Shown: positions 26,164 through 40,747, counted from the first letter of the whole stretch. The stretch: DNA of 63,949 nucleotides, filler included, from Reticulomyxa filosa (GCA_000512085.1; 17 parts of 17 records of this genome joined end to end with filler, not necessarily neighbours in it), one strand, 5' to 3'. Notes: generated by a model from the letters alone, not told the origin. Numbers and translations are program-made.

Positions 26164-26399
26164 NNNNNNNNNNNNNNNNNNNNNNNNNNNNNNNNNNNNN
26201 NNNNNNNTTAATTAATTAANNNNNNNNNNNNNNNNNNNNNNNNNNNNNNNNNNNNNNNNNNNNAAAAAAAAAAATTGTGCACACTATGTATGCTTGAAAA
26301 TGGCAATTTAAGAGGAAAAGAGGGGAAGGGGCAGGGGAAAGGATGGTATACGTATTCAAGAATTAAGTGTTGACGGAAAAAAAAAGACGACGTTTAAAA

Positions 26400-26806
26400 A
26401 CCTGCTGCAGCATTTCCTGGAATTTGTCGTTCTGTTCGACCGTACATGACAGCACAAAATTTATCCGTTGTTGGTTCCGGTCCAATGCGAGCTCCTGGAA
26501 AATCTCTCCCTAATAGATAACGAATAAATGTTGTCTTGCCCACCGAGTATTGTCCCATCAACAGCACCAGTGGAGGTGACAAAAAGTCAGCCTCTGTCAG
26601 CAATGGTGTCATAAATTTGTCAAACTATTTTTTTTTTTTAAGACAAATACAACATAGACCTTTTTTTTTGTTGCGTATTTCTTTTTTTTTTTTAACGCTT
26701 TCACTTTGCAACTTACATGATACGCTGCTTCAACAGGCTTTACATACTTGTCATAGTGATCGAGAAGACCTCGTCCAACATATTCTGCTCTTCTTTTGGT
26801 TTCATC
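26400..26806 (-). CDS. EHD/RME-1 family dynamin-like ATPase, N-terminal part, 3' truncated
   Basis: GRGLLDHYDKYVKPVEAAYH|FDKFMTPLLTEADF...VLLMGQYSVGKTTFIRYLLGRDFPGARIGPEPTTDKF...IPGNAA are diagnostic EHD motifs. Confidence 0.93.
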
Positions 26807-27923
26807 TAAATTATATTGCACCGAATCAACAAAATGCAAGGGACTCTCAAACTTTAAGCAACACGTTTAACAAGTAAATGTTACATTGAAATGCTTTTAG
26901 AAGCACTGCGGCAGAATTTCTCAATCAATTTTTTCTATATTTCGTGTCTATCACAGTGCAGGATAAATAATATCTTACATTATCTTTCTATACAGCTCAC
27001 GACGATGGAATGATTTATAGCAAATAGCTGATATCATTCTGTGTTTTCAGAAATAGCACATTAAACTAAAATTTACTGCACTCTTCACTCTATGTCGATG
27101 GTTAAAACAGTAGTTTCAAACTGGTAGAGTTTGTTTTCCGAGGGATTCTCAAACAACAAAAAAAACACAAAATAAACGTTAATTCAGAAAACGTATATTT
27201 GCGATTATATGGTTGTATTTGGTCAGATGACAGATCATTGAATTTAACATTTGAATGTGCTTTTACTGTTTGGTGATTAATTATTTTTTGGAAAACTCCA
27301 GCTTGTCCGACGCAAATTTCACATAGCATGGTAAGAATATAATGTACAAAATATTTAATAATTATAAATTAAAATATTGTCTTTCATTAAAAATTATATA
27401 GTACATTTGTTGATATTTAGTCAAAACAAGCTTGAAATATTGAAGTTTCTTTTCTTAGTTGTAGTTTATTTTATTATTAACTAAAACTAATTTGAAAGAA
27501 TATGTTATTTGATTATTACACAGAATTGTATAATTAATCTTAAGATAAGCATTTTTTCATTTTATTTGTTTAGCTAACAGTTATTGCATTAGTTTGCAAA
27601 AATGTCAAGTATAAAATGCTACTTTATGAAGATAATCGATTTTCTACATGAAAAACAAACATTATTTTTGTAAAAATTGCATTTTGGCGTTTGTAATATT
27701 AATTACATCAGTGATGGCAATAGTATTTATCATTACATATATTTCTTTTTTCGTGTGGACAAACAGAAAAAATAAAAGAAGATCACTGTTGTTAAAACAT
27801 TTATATGCTTTGAATATCGATATATTCAAGTTCCTCTCTTAACATTTCTTTCAATTTAGGCAAAAATTTACGTAGTGGTTCTTTCTATTAAAAAAATATT
27901 ATTGTTAATTTGTAAATAAAAAA

Positions 27924-30917
27924 TTAGATATATATAAATAAAACTGAATATTTTGACCGTAATCCAAATAATAATATTTCAACAAATCCAGTGGTAATAT
28001 TTTGTTCAATATATCTTTTAATTTCATAATCTTGTTTAAAACAATTGCCAAGAAAAAATTTTTTAGATTTTTCAAAACGTAAATTAGTATTATTTTGGTT
28101 ATTCCATGAAATAGAAGGCATAATACGTCTACGTTCATCTCTAAAAAGTACTTTTTTAGATAAAAAAATAGCACATCGTTCATCTTTTGAATTACAAAAT
28201 AAAAAACCAATTTTGGCAACACATAAAACGGGTAAAAGTATATTTTTCATCAATTTTTTCAAATTAGAGCGTTGATCAACTTTTCCACGAAATGATACAC
28301 TTATGCCAAGAGGACAATCTTTAATGAAATTTATATCATTACCTTTTTCTTTTTCTTTGAGTTTTTGTTCAATAAAATTATTAGTTTCGAATAACAACAT
28401 TTTAATAGGTGGAATATTAATACCATTAAAATCATGTATTTCTTCTTTTGTTTTGTTCATCAATAATTTAATGGATGTTTTAAAATCATTTTTAATATCA
28501 TTTTCTGTTATTTTCATTAACCAAGCATTATTATTTTCATCATTTTTGTTTTCGCTTCCTTTTGGACTCATTAATTCCATATTTTTATCATTTGTCTCAT
28601 TATTTACATTTTGATATTGTTCATTATCACACTTTGAATGAAGATCACTGCAACTTGTTTTTGAATCAGTTGAACAAATATCATTACTATCTTGCCTTTG
28701 ATTCATTCTATAATCATAATCCGATCTTGACTTTTGATTGACCAATTCATTGTTTGGTTCTTCTTTCATCACTTGGAATTGGTTGTTGAGCCATCGTTTT
28801 ATAATTCCATTTTACTGACGTTGATATTTTTGATTTATTTTCAATTCCATAATTAGAAATAGAAGGAATGGAAGGAGCAACAGGAATGGAAGGAGCTATT
28901 GTTGTTTGAGTGCAATCGTCTTCTTTGTCATCATCAGAATCAGGTGTTTTGGGTAAGTTATTTGTTTGATTTGATGTTGAGACATTGACATCCCGCTGTG
29001 GTAATTGCATTGATGAATCATTGGAATAGCTCGATTTTGTCGATTGATTGATATTATAATCTAACTCTTTGTTGTTATCAACATGTGATGAAGATATTTT
29101 AACTTGAAAATTATCCGTCTTTTGCTGCATTTCATCATTATCAGATGAAGGGGTTTGGGGCGTTTTTGGGATTACTGCATCAGTTATCGTGGTATCGACT
29201 CGACTATTTTGAATAGATGTATTTTCCATTGGCTGTTGATTTGATTTTTCTTTGTCTTCTCCATCATCCTCGCAAGCCGAGTCCGGAGTTTTTATTTGTT
29301 TCACCTGTATTTTCATCAAAGTAAATCAAACGAAAAAGCTTATTCTCATACAAATTAAAAACAAAAACAAATATGATTGAAAGACAAAGTAACCATTTCA
29401 TTGCCAATAGACACCGATAGTGATGAAAAAGATTCTCTTGTTGCAGCAACAGTGGGAGTATCAGATTCAATTGTGGGCAATGGTGGTGGCTCTTCATGAC
29501 TGTAAGTTCGAGAATTGTGTTTTGTTCGTGCATTTCTGTCAAAGGAATTGTACTTGTTTGGTGACCTTGGAGTATTGCGCTGAAAATAGTCATTAATAAT
29601 AGGCAGTGGAGGAGGAAAAGCGGAAATCGTTGGAATATTATCCCCATTGATATGATGATGATGACAAGAATCACGATTATCCTGTTTATTTTCGAAAGGA
29701 AATGAATATGCTGATTTCCTTGGCGTAGCTTCCAAAATTTCATCTATGTCTTGTTCCAAATTGAATCGTACGGATTTGCAGTGTTGAGCTCGAGGCTTCT
29801 GGTGGATTTCTCGTATCTTTGTCTTCAATAATCCCGCTGGTATTTGATTATTTGTATCAACCCGTTCATTTGTATTTAATTTCCTATACTTTGATGACGC
29901 CATTTTCATCTCTTCTAAGAATTCCACAGCCTTCATTGTTGACATCTTTTTTTGTTTGTTTTTGTTTTTCCAATTATTGATTGCCTATATATTTCATTGT
30001 AAAATAATAAAACAAAACATCTTGTCGGAATTGGGATAAAGCATTTCCATTGTCATTCTCTTTTGCATTATTCCCACTGCAAACAGCCTCAATGTGAATA
30101 TTTTCATTTTCATTTGCATTTGCATTCGTTTCGAATGGATCCGAATTGGATTGCGAAACCGAACATGAAGATTTATCTTGTTGTGTTTTGTTGATATCAA
30201 CAGCTATCAAATATACCTCATCTGCTTCTTTTCTTTCTGTTTGCTTTGCATCATCGTGCTCGTTTTTGCTTTCTAATTCTTTTGGGTTTGGGATTGGATC
30301 TGATTCATCCTGTTTCGATAATGATCTCTTTTTCTTGCTTTTCTTTGATTTCTTAGAGCTTGTTCGCCCTTTTGCTTTCCATTTTTTTTGACAAAAAAAA
30401 AAATAAAAAATTTAAAGCCATAAAAATTGGTTTGCAAATAATTCATAAAAAAAAAAACATACAGTTTTGAGAGCCTTCAGTAGGGTCGTATGAACTGTCA
30501 TTGCCAGAACTGGCTGATGATGTTCTTTCTCTTTTTCTTTTTGATCTTTTGTTCTTTTTTTTTTCTTTCTTTTCATTGAGTTCTTGTTCTAATTTTGTCT
30601 CTAAGTAATCACAATTTTTTATTTCTTTTTTTGTAAAACAAAACAAAAATAAACAAACGTTATTGTTATTATACCTGGACTTCTTCCTCCATTGATAATA
30701 TATTGTTTGAACAAGTCCAAACGCTTCAAGTTATCATAAGATCCCAAGTATATTCTATTTTTTTGTTGAAACCTTTCCAATGAACTTGGTAAATCCATAC
30801 TTGTCTCAGTTCGTCCCACTTGTCACCCAAGATTTCTTCGACTTCAAAAACCCCAGGTTCAGTTTCATTTGTGTATTCACTTCCAGTCCCAGAGTCAGCT
30901 TGACTTGAGAAAGACAT
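27924..30917 (-). CDS. Large multi-exon protein with N-terminal chromodomain and long disordered region
   Basis: FEVEEILGDKW...YQVHWKGF...YTW, then after a 1-nt shift near 30742, SYDNLKRLDLFKQYI. Downstream coding blocks run to about 27924; 3' structure uncertain. Confidence 0.65.
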
Positions 30918-31890
30918 TCTTATTTTTACACGTTGAGTGTCTAAAGTTTTTTTTTCTCTGTCACGTTCACAAAGTTCAGTCCTTTTTTCTTTTCTTTTCC
31001 CAAAAGAAACCCTTTTGACAACTTTCACCAGTGGACAAGATTGATTGCATGCGTGACCAAAGTAGGCGAGAAGCAAAGGGTATATCGCGATTTAGTTCAT
31101 GTGTCAAAGATAAGTTATTTTCCAAAACAAAGTTACTGTGATACAATAACTGAAATTGCGTATACAGACACATATTTCTTTGCCTAGTATGTTGTTCATT
31201 TGTAAGTGTAATAAACACTTGTTCTATTCATAAAATAATTTAAATGTATTAAAAACTATTTTACTGATCATGTATGCACATGGATTCATTTCTTTTGTTT
31301 TAAAGCACAAATTCATTTGGATGACTTTCTAATTTAAATTAAGCATTGAAGACTTACAAACTGTGTAATGTCAAATTTTTTACTCCGCATTTTCGCAATT
31401 TCGTTTTTTTTACTAGTCGGAAAATTTTACGAAGAAAATGGCTTTGAATCTTTCAACGTGCCTCTTTAAAAATAGAAAGGCTATTGCAATATTGGCTCAC
31501 AGGTTCAACAGTACGGAAACAATTCGAACACAAAGCATAAATTTTACACTATGAAACTTAAAAGTCCGGCAATTGCAACTTCAATGCAGATCTGTTTTCC
31601 CTTTGAAAAGCTAAACAAAAACTTAAAAGACAAAACAAAAAGGACCCACTTGAATTGTTGATCCTTTTTTTATTTTCGGTCAATGATTGTGGAGGATAAG
31701 TATTAAACTAATAGGGCGGCTATTGAGGCTCAACAAAACAAAATCAAACAAAAGGAAAAAAGCTTGGGGTCATTCTTTTTTTGGTTTGCCCCCAAAGGGA
31801 ATTTCTTTCAGCCGATCCCACTGTAGCAAGTTTAACAAACAAAAAAAAGCGAGCGTATTTATTTTGAAAAGGAAAATGTTGATAAAAAGA

Positions 31891-34033
31891 TTATTTTAGA
31901 GACAGTAGAAAAAGAAACATAACGTAAGGATATTCCAAGGGTACATTTTTGGGAACGGTGGATGAATTTTTTCGTTTGTCTTGCACAGTCGTTGGATTAT
32001 CCGGAATCAGAGTGTCACTGGGATAATATGCTTCGGGACACAAGCCTTCTCGTTGACGCTGTTGTTTCATTTCGTCCGTGATAATATTACGTTCACCTTT
32101 TCCTGCACATTTTACTCCTGATATTATGTAATAAAAATAAAGATATATATATATATATATGTATATGTATATATGTACATAGATATACATTTATATATAA
32201 AGTAAACCTAACCCCAAGGCGTGTACCAAGAAATTTCTTCGGAGATACGATTCAACGAAGAAGCATCAAGAGATGGATTGTATTTATGATAATGTCTATG
32301 ATCCGATCGAATTGTAGAAGAGTCGATTAGAGATCGTTGTTCCTTTGTACTTTGTTTATCGTTTACATGGTTGTGTGACCGCATTTGCATGTGAGTTGTG
32401 GAGTGGGCAGTGTTCGTATGTGACTCTTTTTCATTTGTTGTGGGGCTATTCTCGTATGTTGACACGAGCATCACATGTATTTGTTCGTTTGTGTAGGGAA
32501 ACATTCTGCATGTTCTTTATTGCCACCAACATATATATATACATGTGTACAAATGCATATGGAATACCAGTGATCACTTGTGACAATCAAAGCACTGCTA
32601 TCATTTAAGCGCCTTCTTTTATTCGGAGCAGAGAGCATGTAGCTATTTGGAAAAGTGTTATTTTCTAACAGTATGCATTCGTCGTCATCATCATTATCAT
32701 CACCATTTTCATCTTTACCGTTATTGTTGTTGTCATTGTTATTGCTATTGTTATCCGCAGTATCAATCATCTCATCCTTTGACTCGTTTGTATTTGTGTG
32801 TGTATCCGTGGCAATAGTAGCAACAGCAGCAATGCTAGCAATGCTGTCACTACTAATCTCCGATCGTCGTCGTTTCAGAGAATTGGTCATTGTAACGACA
32901 ATGTTGTTGTTTTTATTGCCATCGGTTTTATCATTGTGTTTGACCATTGTGTTTACAACTATTCGACTTTCCTCTTTTTTCTCATCTCCAAATGGGTCCA
33001 GAACCGGACTGAACATGCTTGCATTCAAAGTGCTTTCCCTTGTCTTCAAATCGTCATTGTATTCGCAGTCGTTCTTTTTATCGTCGGCCGTGCTCATGGC
33101 AACCAATCCCCTGCCAAGCGCATCTCCCCTTTTATGCGCAATCGACGCAGTCTCCGACTCAATTGCAGCTTTTCTGTCGACGTTTGCATGAATTCGTTTT
33201 GATGTTTCCATGTCCTCACTAGTTGCTCGATTGGTGCCGTTGTTGCCATTGGCATTATTGGCAGCAATGTTCATGTGATTGCCTTCATAGTTTTGTGTCG
33301 AATTGATGGCGGTCATAGTCGTAGTTATTGGCAAGTTGGCACTTGCACTATTTTCTTTTTCTTGTTCACGTTGCTTTTCATGTTTTGATTTGATATTTTT
33401 CAATTTGCGATTTTGTTTTTGTACTGTATGTATACAATATAATATATATATATATATATATATGTACATATATATATGAAAAGCAAAAGAAAGGGATTAT
33501 ACAAAGTGTAGAGATTCATCTGTAAATGCATATAGGGATTGTTTTGTGAAGGACTCAACATTGCCATGGAACTGGGATCGACTGGAGAATACGCTGGGGC
33601 TCTTCATCGACACAATACTCGATGCCCTCAGCTCTGACGTCGTCGGATAGGTTCGAGTCGGAATACGTGTGAAAGCCGACACTTGTGCCTTTATTCGTAT
33701 GTTTTCGCATTGAATTGCCGGGGTTATTATTATGGTCACTTTTATCATTGACACAACAAAGTGACGAGGACACCAACTGCGCCGCATATGGCTTCCATTT
33801 TGAAGAAGTGCGTCGATCAATGGAATAATGGTGGCGTTTTCTCTTACCCAAGTGGTCATTTTCATTCGTTCCAAAAGTGGTATCATCCCCAAACCGTTTA
33901 TTATCAAGTCTGCATCGAATGGAAAGTGCTCATGATTTAACACTGTTAACCATTCACACAACTTTTCTTTTTCTTGCGATGTCAAACACATCACCAACCA
34001 TCTTTTTATTTGCGCTACACCGCCCAATTCCAA
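31891..34033 (-). CDS. Multi-exon hypothetical protein, 5' truncated
   Basis: Coding blocks at about 33510-34033, 32545-33420, 32215-32480 and 31925-32119 separated by (TA)n introns. Basic NLS-like LKRRR and KRRRL; no family recognised. Confidence 0.5.
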
Positions 34034-34673
34034 AAAACTTTTTTTTTTTTTTTTTTTTCCCCCCCNNNNNNNNNNNNNNNNNNNNNNNNNNNNNNNNNNN
34101 NNNNNNNNNTTAATTAATTAANNNNNNNNNNNNNNNNNNNNNNNNNNNNNNNNNNNNNNNNNNNNCCTCTTCTATGAAAGATATACTCAAAAGTACTATG
34201 TTTTTGTCAACCGTAACTCCCTATTTTTACTAAAAAAAAAAAAGGGTAAAGTGAGCTTCGATTGAGTGGATAGAAAAAAAAAATCCCAAGCATTATGCAG
34301 TCATCAAAGCGACATAATGACCCCAGATGAAAATGAGCCGGGGTCTTCGAAGTCGAAGCAATCCTGGCTGACAAATGGAACAATAACAAAAATTGTGAAA
34401 TGTAATATTAGAAACGGAAAGTGACCAAGAAGAAAACACGTGAACAAAGACAGCATTAACCAGTAAAGACACTACTCCGTCCGCTAATTCGGACAACGAT
34501 AGTTCATAGCTCTCAATGAAAACTCCGGAAAATGTATTTATCTTTGTACTTTTTTTTTTTTTTAGAAGGAAAAAAGGATATTAAATATACAATAATAAAA
34601 AGTGAAAGAATACACTAAATCGAAGGAAGCATACGATGATATTGAAACAGATGACGACAACATATCAAAAAAA

Positions 34674-34819
34674 TACAAGTCAAAATCCAAATTTAAATCA
34701 AAGAAATCGAAATCCAAGTCAAAATCAAAATTGAAATCAAAATCGAAATCAAAATCAAAATCAAAAAAGTCAAAGTCAAAATCCAAAAGAAAATCGAAAT
34801 CAAAATCAAAACCGAAGTC
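34674..34819 (+). repeat. Degenerate hexamer tandem (AAATCA/AAATCG) encoding KS repeats in a low-complexity gene fragment
   Basis: More than 20 imperfect copies within ORF 34602-34916. Confidence 0.7.
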
Positions 34820-36990
34820 GTTTTTTTTTCATTTATATATACACATACATATACAGCTTGTTCTCCATTGTCTCATGTGTCGTTTCCTTCTCCTCCACCG
34901 CCATGTCGGATCATGAATATCAACACAGCTACCCATACGACGCTCCGAAGTCGTCAGTACAATATAATTCATTTGATCGAAAGTTCGAAGAAGGTGAAGG
35001 AGAAAGAGAAAGATAAGGAAGAGGTAGAAGAAGAGGTGGAGAAAGATAAGATGAAGAGGCAGATGCAGATGAAGAGGAAGAGTAGAAGAATATGGAAGAA
35101 GAGAAGAAGAATATGGAGGAAGAAGACAGAGTTTCCAGAGTTACAACAATGGATGCAAGCTCCCGCCATTGCCCACTTTCACTTCTGATTATTCCGCCAA
35201 TGTAGCTCTAAGTGAACCATTACCGCCAGTATCAATACATTTTTACTTCACATCCAAACGATGTTTGTTTGTTCTTTTTCTTTTCAATGCAACAATAGGT
35301 CATTTTCGTGCTTTTTTTTTTGCTCAAATGCCAGATTTTGCTGCTAACAATAAATCACATCGACCATTTCACGAATATCAATACCAAGATCATTACAATT
35401 CTAGAGATAGAGTAGAAGAAGAAAGATGGGACTAACAGCCAACAGAAAATGGAAACACTGAAAATAATTCTCAATTAGATTATGCATCGGGTAACTCAGC
35501 TCTGAAAACGCTCAAGACTCCTTCTGATGATGATGATCGTGATCATGCTGTTCATTACCAACGTCGACCATCTTCACCTGCTCCTCCACCGCTTCCAAGT
35601 GTCAGTCATGATCCTGTCTTTACAGTTTGTTTGTTTTTTTTTTGTTGTTATTTTTTTACATTGATATTGACATTGACACTAACATTGTTTCGAAAATGAA
35701 ATGAAAACATAGACGATACCATCACTACCAGCAGCAATGGTGAAAGATGAAAAGCTTGATTATGGCGTCGATCGACCGCAAGATTGGAATTCNNNNNNNN
35801 NNNNNNNNNNNNNNNNNNNNNNNNNNNNNNNNNNNNTTAATTAATTAANNNNNNNNNNNNNNNNNNNNNNNNNNNNNNNNNNNNNNNNNNNNTTTTTTTT
35901 TTTGTAAAGAAGAAAATATTTAATCATAACATTTATTTATGTTTATTTTTTTTAAAAAAAAAAAACTTTAACCTTTGTTGACAAAAGAACTGTTTACACA
36001 AGTCTGATACTGTGGTGATAAAGTACCATCTATTGCACCCGAATTAGCTTGAGTAACATCTCCAGACCAAAATGACCCCATTATTTTATTATTACTTTCA
36101 ATGTTTTTAACTTAAAAAAAATAAAGGAAACCTTTCAAAAAACTTTTACGAAAAGGGATCGCAATACCCTACAATTTTCACACCTTATGTCCAAGATGCT
36201 TTGAAACAAATTTTAGAACCCGTTGATAATTTAATTATTTTTAATATCATTCTTTTCCCTACTCGACATAGATTTTTGAAGTTTAAATTTTTGAAAAGAC
36301 AATAGTAATCCATCCATAACAGTAAAAACAGAGTCAAAATAAATTTTTTTATGTTTTCAAATTTCCAATGTTAAGACAACAAAAATCTCATGTCTTAACA
36401 AAAAGAGAAAACGCATCCGGGTCAATATTTTGCAATTTCAAACTTTTTCAATTAAAATAAACTTTAAAAATTCTTTTTTAATGTTTCAAAGTGTCTTTAA
36501 AGTTACTTTTTTATAAGACTTTCTTTGTACCTATCAACTTCTTTTCGCTCTTTATTTATTCATTTTCGTTTTCATGGTTCTATTTTTTGTTATAATTTCC
36601 AATAAATATACTTTTATCCTCATTTTGTACACATGTTGTACATAAGTTAATTCTAGAATATTCCAACAATGTCCTCACATTTTTTATAAATAATTTTGTC
36701 AACACATGTCAAATTATCACACAAAGAGATGGGATCATCTTATAAAATAGCTAAAATGTTAACACATCAATTGTTGAACGTAGTAACGAAGTAAAACAGG
36801 AGGAAAAAAGAAAATTTTGCTTAAAATCGTCTTCTTTTGCAGACTTAATTGGATTTTTAAGTGTAGGAAAATTTGGAAAACTTGGTGAAGTGTGTAAGAA
36901 AAAAGTGCTAACTTTCTGTGTTTGTGTTACTAAAAAAAAGGCTATAAATTCAAGAAATAGTCTTTTTTTTTTGTGGTATATTTCATAAGG

Positions 36991-38235
36991 ATGAGCCAAG
37001 GTGACGCTTCCAAACTTCACGTAGTTACAAATACTTCAAAATTTGAAAAAGAGCATGGTGGCTATCCACATTCCGTGTTGTTCTTTTGGACTTCGTGGCA
37101 TACTCCCTGCAAGCAACTAGAACCAGTGTTAGTGGAGCTGTCAAACGAACATAAGCACTTGACATTTTATTCAATCGACGCAGAAGAGAACAGCGACTTG
37201 GCCTCGACCTATCAAATCGAAGCAGTGCCAACGATATTGTTCTGTGAAGGCGGAGTGGAAAAGCAGAGATTCGAGGCAATAACGGCACCAATTTTAGTGA
37301 ACCACTTGACAAAATTCAGTATGCAAGCGCTGCATGCCCAAAAGTTGCATTCGGCGGTGACCAAACCACCGACAATGCAGGGCACGAAAGCGGAGAAGGA
37401 ATCGAAAGTACCAGAAAATTCTGTCCCCGTGAAAGAGGAAACGATTGAAGAATTGAACGAAAGGATCAAAAAGCTGATCCACAGTAACGTGATGATGATA
37501 TTCATTAAAGGGTCACCGGACAAGCCCAAATGTAAGTTCACCCGAGCGATATTGGAGCTGTTGAAAAACCAGGGCGTTGTTTCGTTTGGCTATTTCGATA
37601 TTTTGCAAGACAGCAAAGTGAGAGAGCAAATCAAAGTTTACAGCGACTGGGCCACCTTTCCGCAATTATATATTAATGGCAAGCTCATTGGAGGAGTCGA
37701 TGTCGTGAAAGATATGATTGAAGAAGGAGAGTTTGAAGCTTTGATCCCTCCTCAATGCAAAAGTTGAGTTTGCTTGTTTACTGTTTTTTTCTTTGGATAC
37801 ATACATATGTGCATATACACATATACACATATATATATAATGTTCAAATGTTGCGATTCAATTGTTTGTAGAACAAGAAGAAGAAACATTGAATGATCGC
37901 TTGAAAAAATTAATTACCACTAAACCTGCCATGCTTTTCATGAAAGGTTCTCCTAGCAATCCCCAGTGTGGATTCAGTGAGCAAATTGTGGCTTTGCTGA
38001 ACGAACAAGGGCTTGAGTTTGGACACTTTGATATCTTGACGGATAAAACTGTTCGAGAGGGATTGAAAAAGTACAGTGATTGGCAAACATATCCGCAATT
38101 GTATGTCAAAGGAAAATTAATTGGTGGACTGGACGTTGTTAGGGAATTAATTGAAGAAGGAGAATTTGAGAAAACTGTCTTAGATCCATTGCGCACTGAT
38201 AATACACAACCTGACAACAAAAAAAAGAAAATAGT
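36991..38235 (+). CDS. GRX3: Multidomain monothiol glutaredoxin (Grx3/PICOT type: Trx-Grx-Grx)
   Basis: Trx-like WHTPC; Grx1 [14 protein letters not shown]...[19 protein letters not shown]; Grx2 [14 protein letters not shown]...[19 protein letters not shown]. Intron 37763-37871 joins them in frame. C-terminal end uncertain. Confidence 0.93.
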
Positions 38236-38690
38236 TAGCATGTCGTTTTTTACTTTATTTGTTTTTCGTTTGTGTTTTTTTTTTTTAAAAAAACGTGAAT
38301 TTCAATTTAAAAGTCGTTTTATTTCTTTCTTATTATATCTCCATATGAACCTTTATTTCATCGTGAAAGCATATGTGCTCTTGCTCGCAATGGAATGTTG
38401 TCTTGTGTGGACTTTCATTCCAAAAGTTGTTATTATCGTAAACTTTTTGAAGTTGGCCGACTAGTAACAGACGAAGCAGACTCTGCTCTTGTTTTTTTCC
38501 CTGCTGGCCCCTCTGCTACCATATCCTATTTCGCAACAAACAACCCTTGTCCATCAATTGATACAATCATCCCTCAAATTTGAGCGATAAGGTAATTATT
38601 TCGACCAGTCGATAATACTGTGCTTCCCATAAAAAAAAATAAACAACAGCAAAGCCACAAGAGACAAAGATTGCAACGTAAGTAAAAACA

Positions 38691-39380
38691 ATGTCAAGTT
38701 TTCAAGTGCAAACCCAAGGTATTTCAAGTTATGCAGGGCTGGTGTTGCCTCAACCGACATTAGAAGGTGTCACTAAAAACAAAATGGACACTGTGTTTGA
38801 AATGGAGCAAATGAAGCAGAACAAAGAGGAGGGAGCAAAAGAAGACAAAAAAGTGAATGACGTGGTCACACTCGAAAAAGAGCATGGGAGAGACATCTAC
38901 AATGGAAATAACAACATGGGACATGTGAGCAATGGGATATATCCAGTTACTTCCAACTCTTATTTCTCTCAGTTTGTAACGGTGCCAACGGGCGAAACGA
39001 CAACGATGGCCAATGGAGTTCAATACCAAAGTCAATTGCAAAGTCAGACGCAAGTCGTGAAGACAACACAAGAATACATTGTCCAACAATGGAATTTAGA
39101 AAAAATCCCTCAATGTCAGCACCTTTTCATATTATTTATATTGTTATTTATAGCATATACATATACATATACATATGCATATTCAAAACTTTTTTTTGTT
39201 TATATCATATCTGGACATGATCATTAAAAAAACAAATGAACAGATAAAATTGATGACAAAGGTTACATCCACTTTGAAAAGGGGCTCGTGGTTCATGACC
39301 GATGTTCAGTTTTTTCTCCTCCTGAATCCCTCCTCTTTTTTTTTTTTTTTTTTTTATTGAATGTAGCAAATAATGCCGCA
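38691..39380 (+). CDS. Hypothetical protein, 5' portion
   Basis: ATG after AAAAACA, about 140 coding-like codons, then a (TATA/CATA) intron; truncated by contig end. Confidence 0.45.
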
Positions 39381-39480
39381 NNNNNNNNNNNNNNNNNNNN
39401 NNNNNNNNNNNNNNNNNNNNNNNNTTAATTAATTAANNNNNNNNNNNNNNNNNNNNNNNNNNNNNNNNNNNNNNNNNNNN

Positions 39481-40422
39481 AGAATTAGAGAAGGTGAATT
39501 GAATCTCAATATTTCACTTCAACATTTCGAAAACAAGGCTCGGTTGAGCATTACAGGGAAGAGCCAAATTTGTTTTCACAACCATTAATTGATCTCGCCG
39601 TACAATCTTTGAGATTTTATTTGTTTTTTTTGATATTTTAAAGATTAAATTAAAACTCAAAATTTTTTTCTGCAAAGTCATAATATATAGGAATAATATT
39701 GGTGATAAAGCAGATCCTTGAGGGACTCCAGTATTGAATTCCAAACGAAAAGAAATTTCCAAATTCCTTAAGAAATTTGATCCCACAAAATACGAAAGGA
39801 AAAACAGCGTTTCCACGTTTGAGGGGGTTTCCAAGACGCCGAGGACAAAAAAAACACATTTCAATGTTTTTTTCTTTGTTTTCGTAATTGGCGCTCGAAG
39901 AAGCCTTTGGCTTCCGCCCATTTTTGGCATTTCACCTTCTCCATTTCGCCATGGGAGACCTGACAGAGATCATAGTCAGTGCAAGAATCATAGACCAATT
40001 ATATTGTTATCAAGTTGATAAATTGATGGGAAGAATCATCACAAGGAAATTAATGTGGTTGAATAAAAAGCTTCTGCAGCATATGATAGTGTTTGGAGAA
40101 ATAAATTTAAATTATATTGGTGAATTCGATAGCCTCTAATCGGGATCGACTTGAAAGGGTGAAATTCAATACTGGAGTCCCTCAAGGATCTGCTTTATCA
40201 CCAATATTATTCCTATATATTATGACTTTGCAGAAAAAAATTTTGAGTTTTAATTTAATCTTTAAAATATCAAAAAAAACAAATAAAATCTCAAAGATTG
40301 TACGGCGAGATCAATTAATGGTTGTGAAAACAAATTTGGCTCTTCCCTGTAATGCTCAACCGAGCCTTGTTTTCGAAATGTTGAAGTGAAATATTGAGAT
40401 TCAATTCACCTTCTCTAATTCT
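39481..40422. repeat. 260-bp inverted duplication (39481-39740 vs 40163-40422) with 422-bp spacer
   Basis: The two arms are reverse complements and give identical ORF tails (FNTGVPQGSALSPILFLYIM...VFEMLK) on opposite strands. Confidence 0.95.
39950..40230 (+). mobile_element. Decayed non-LTR retrotransposon RT fragments
   Basis: RPDRDHSQCKNHRPIILLSS / DKLMGRIITRKLMW (the YRPISLL...KLMERII region) and FNTGVPQGSALSPILFL (motif B'), with frameshifts and large internal deletions; no YADD-type motif seen. Confidence 0.85.
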
Positions 40423-40747
40423 GATTGAATATCAGCAATATCTTCTTCAGGACCAATTCCTTCGTCTTGAATTCGCTATCTGATATTTTACCATCGAAGC
40501 ANNNNNNNNNNNNNNNNNNNNNNNNNNNNNNNNNNNNNNNNNNNNTTAATTAATTAANNNNNNNNNNNNNNNNNNNNNNNNNNNNNNNNNNNNNNNNNNN
40601 NAAACACTACATTAATGAAGTACTAAGCATACTGAATCCAAAGACTTGTTCGAAAAACATAATTTCATTGACTATCAAAAGAATAATAAATTGATCGAAT
40701 CTATAAAAAAGCATTTCAACAATCAGGACCAACGTATACAAATCAAA

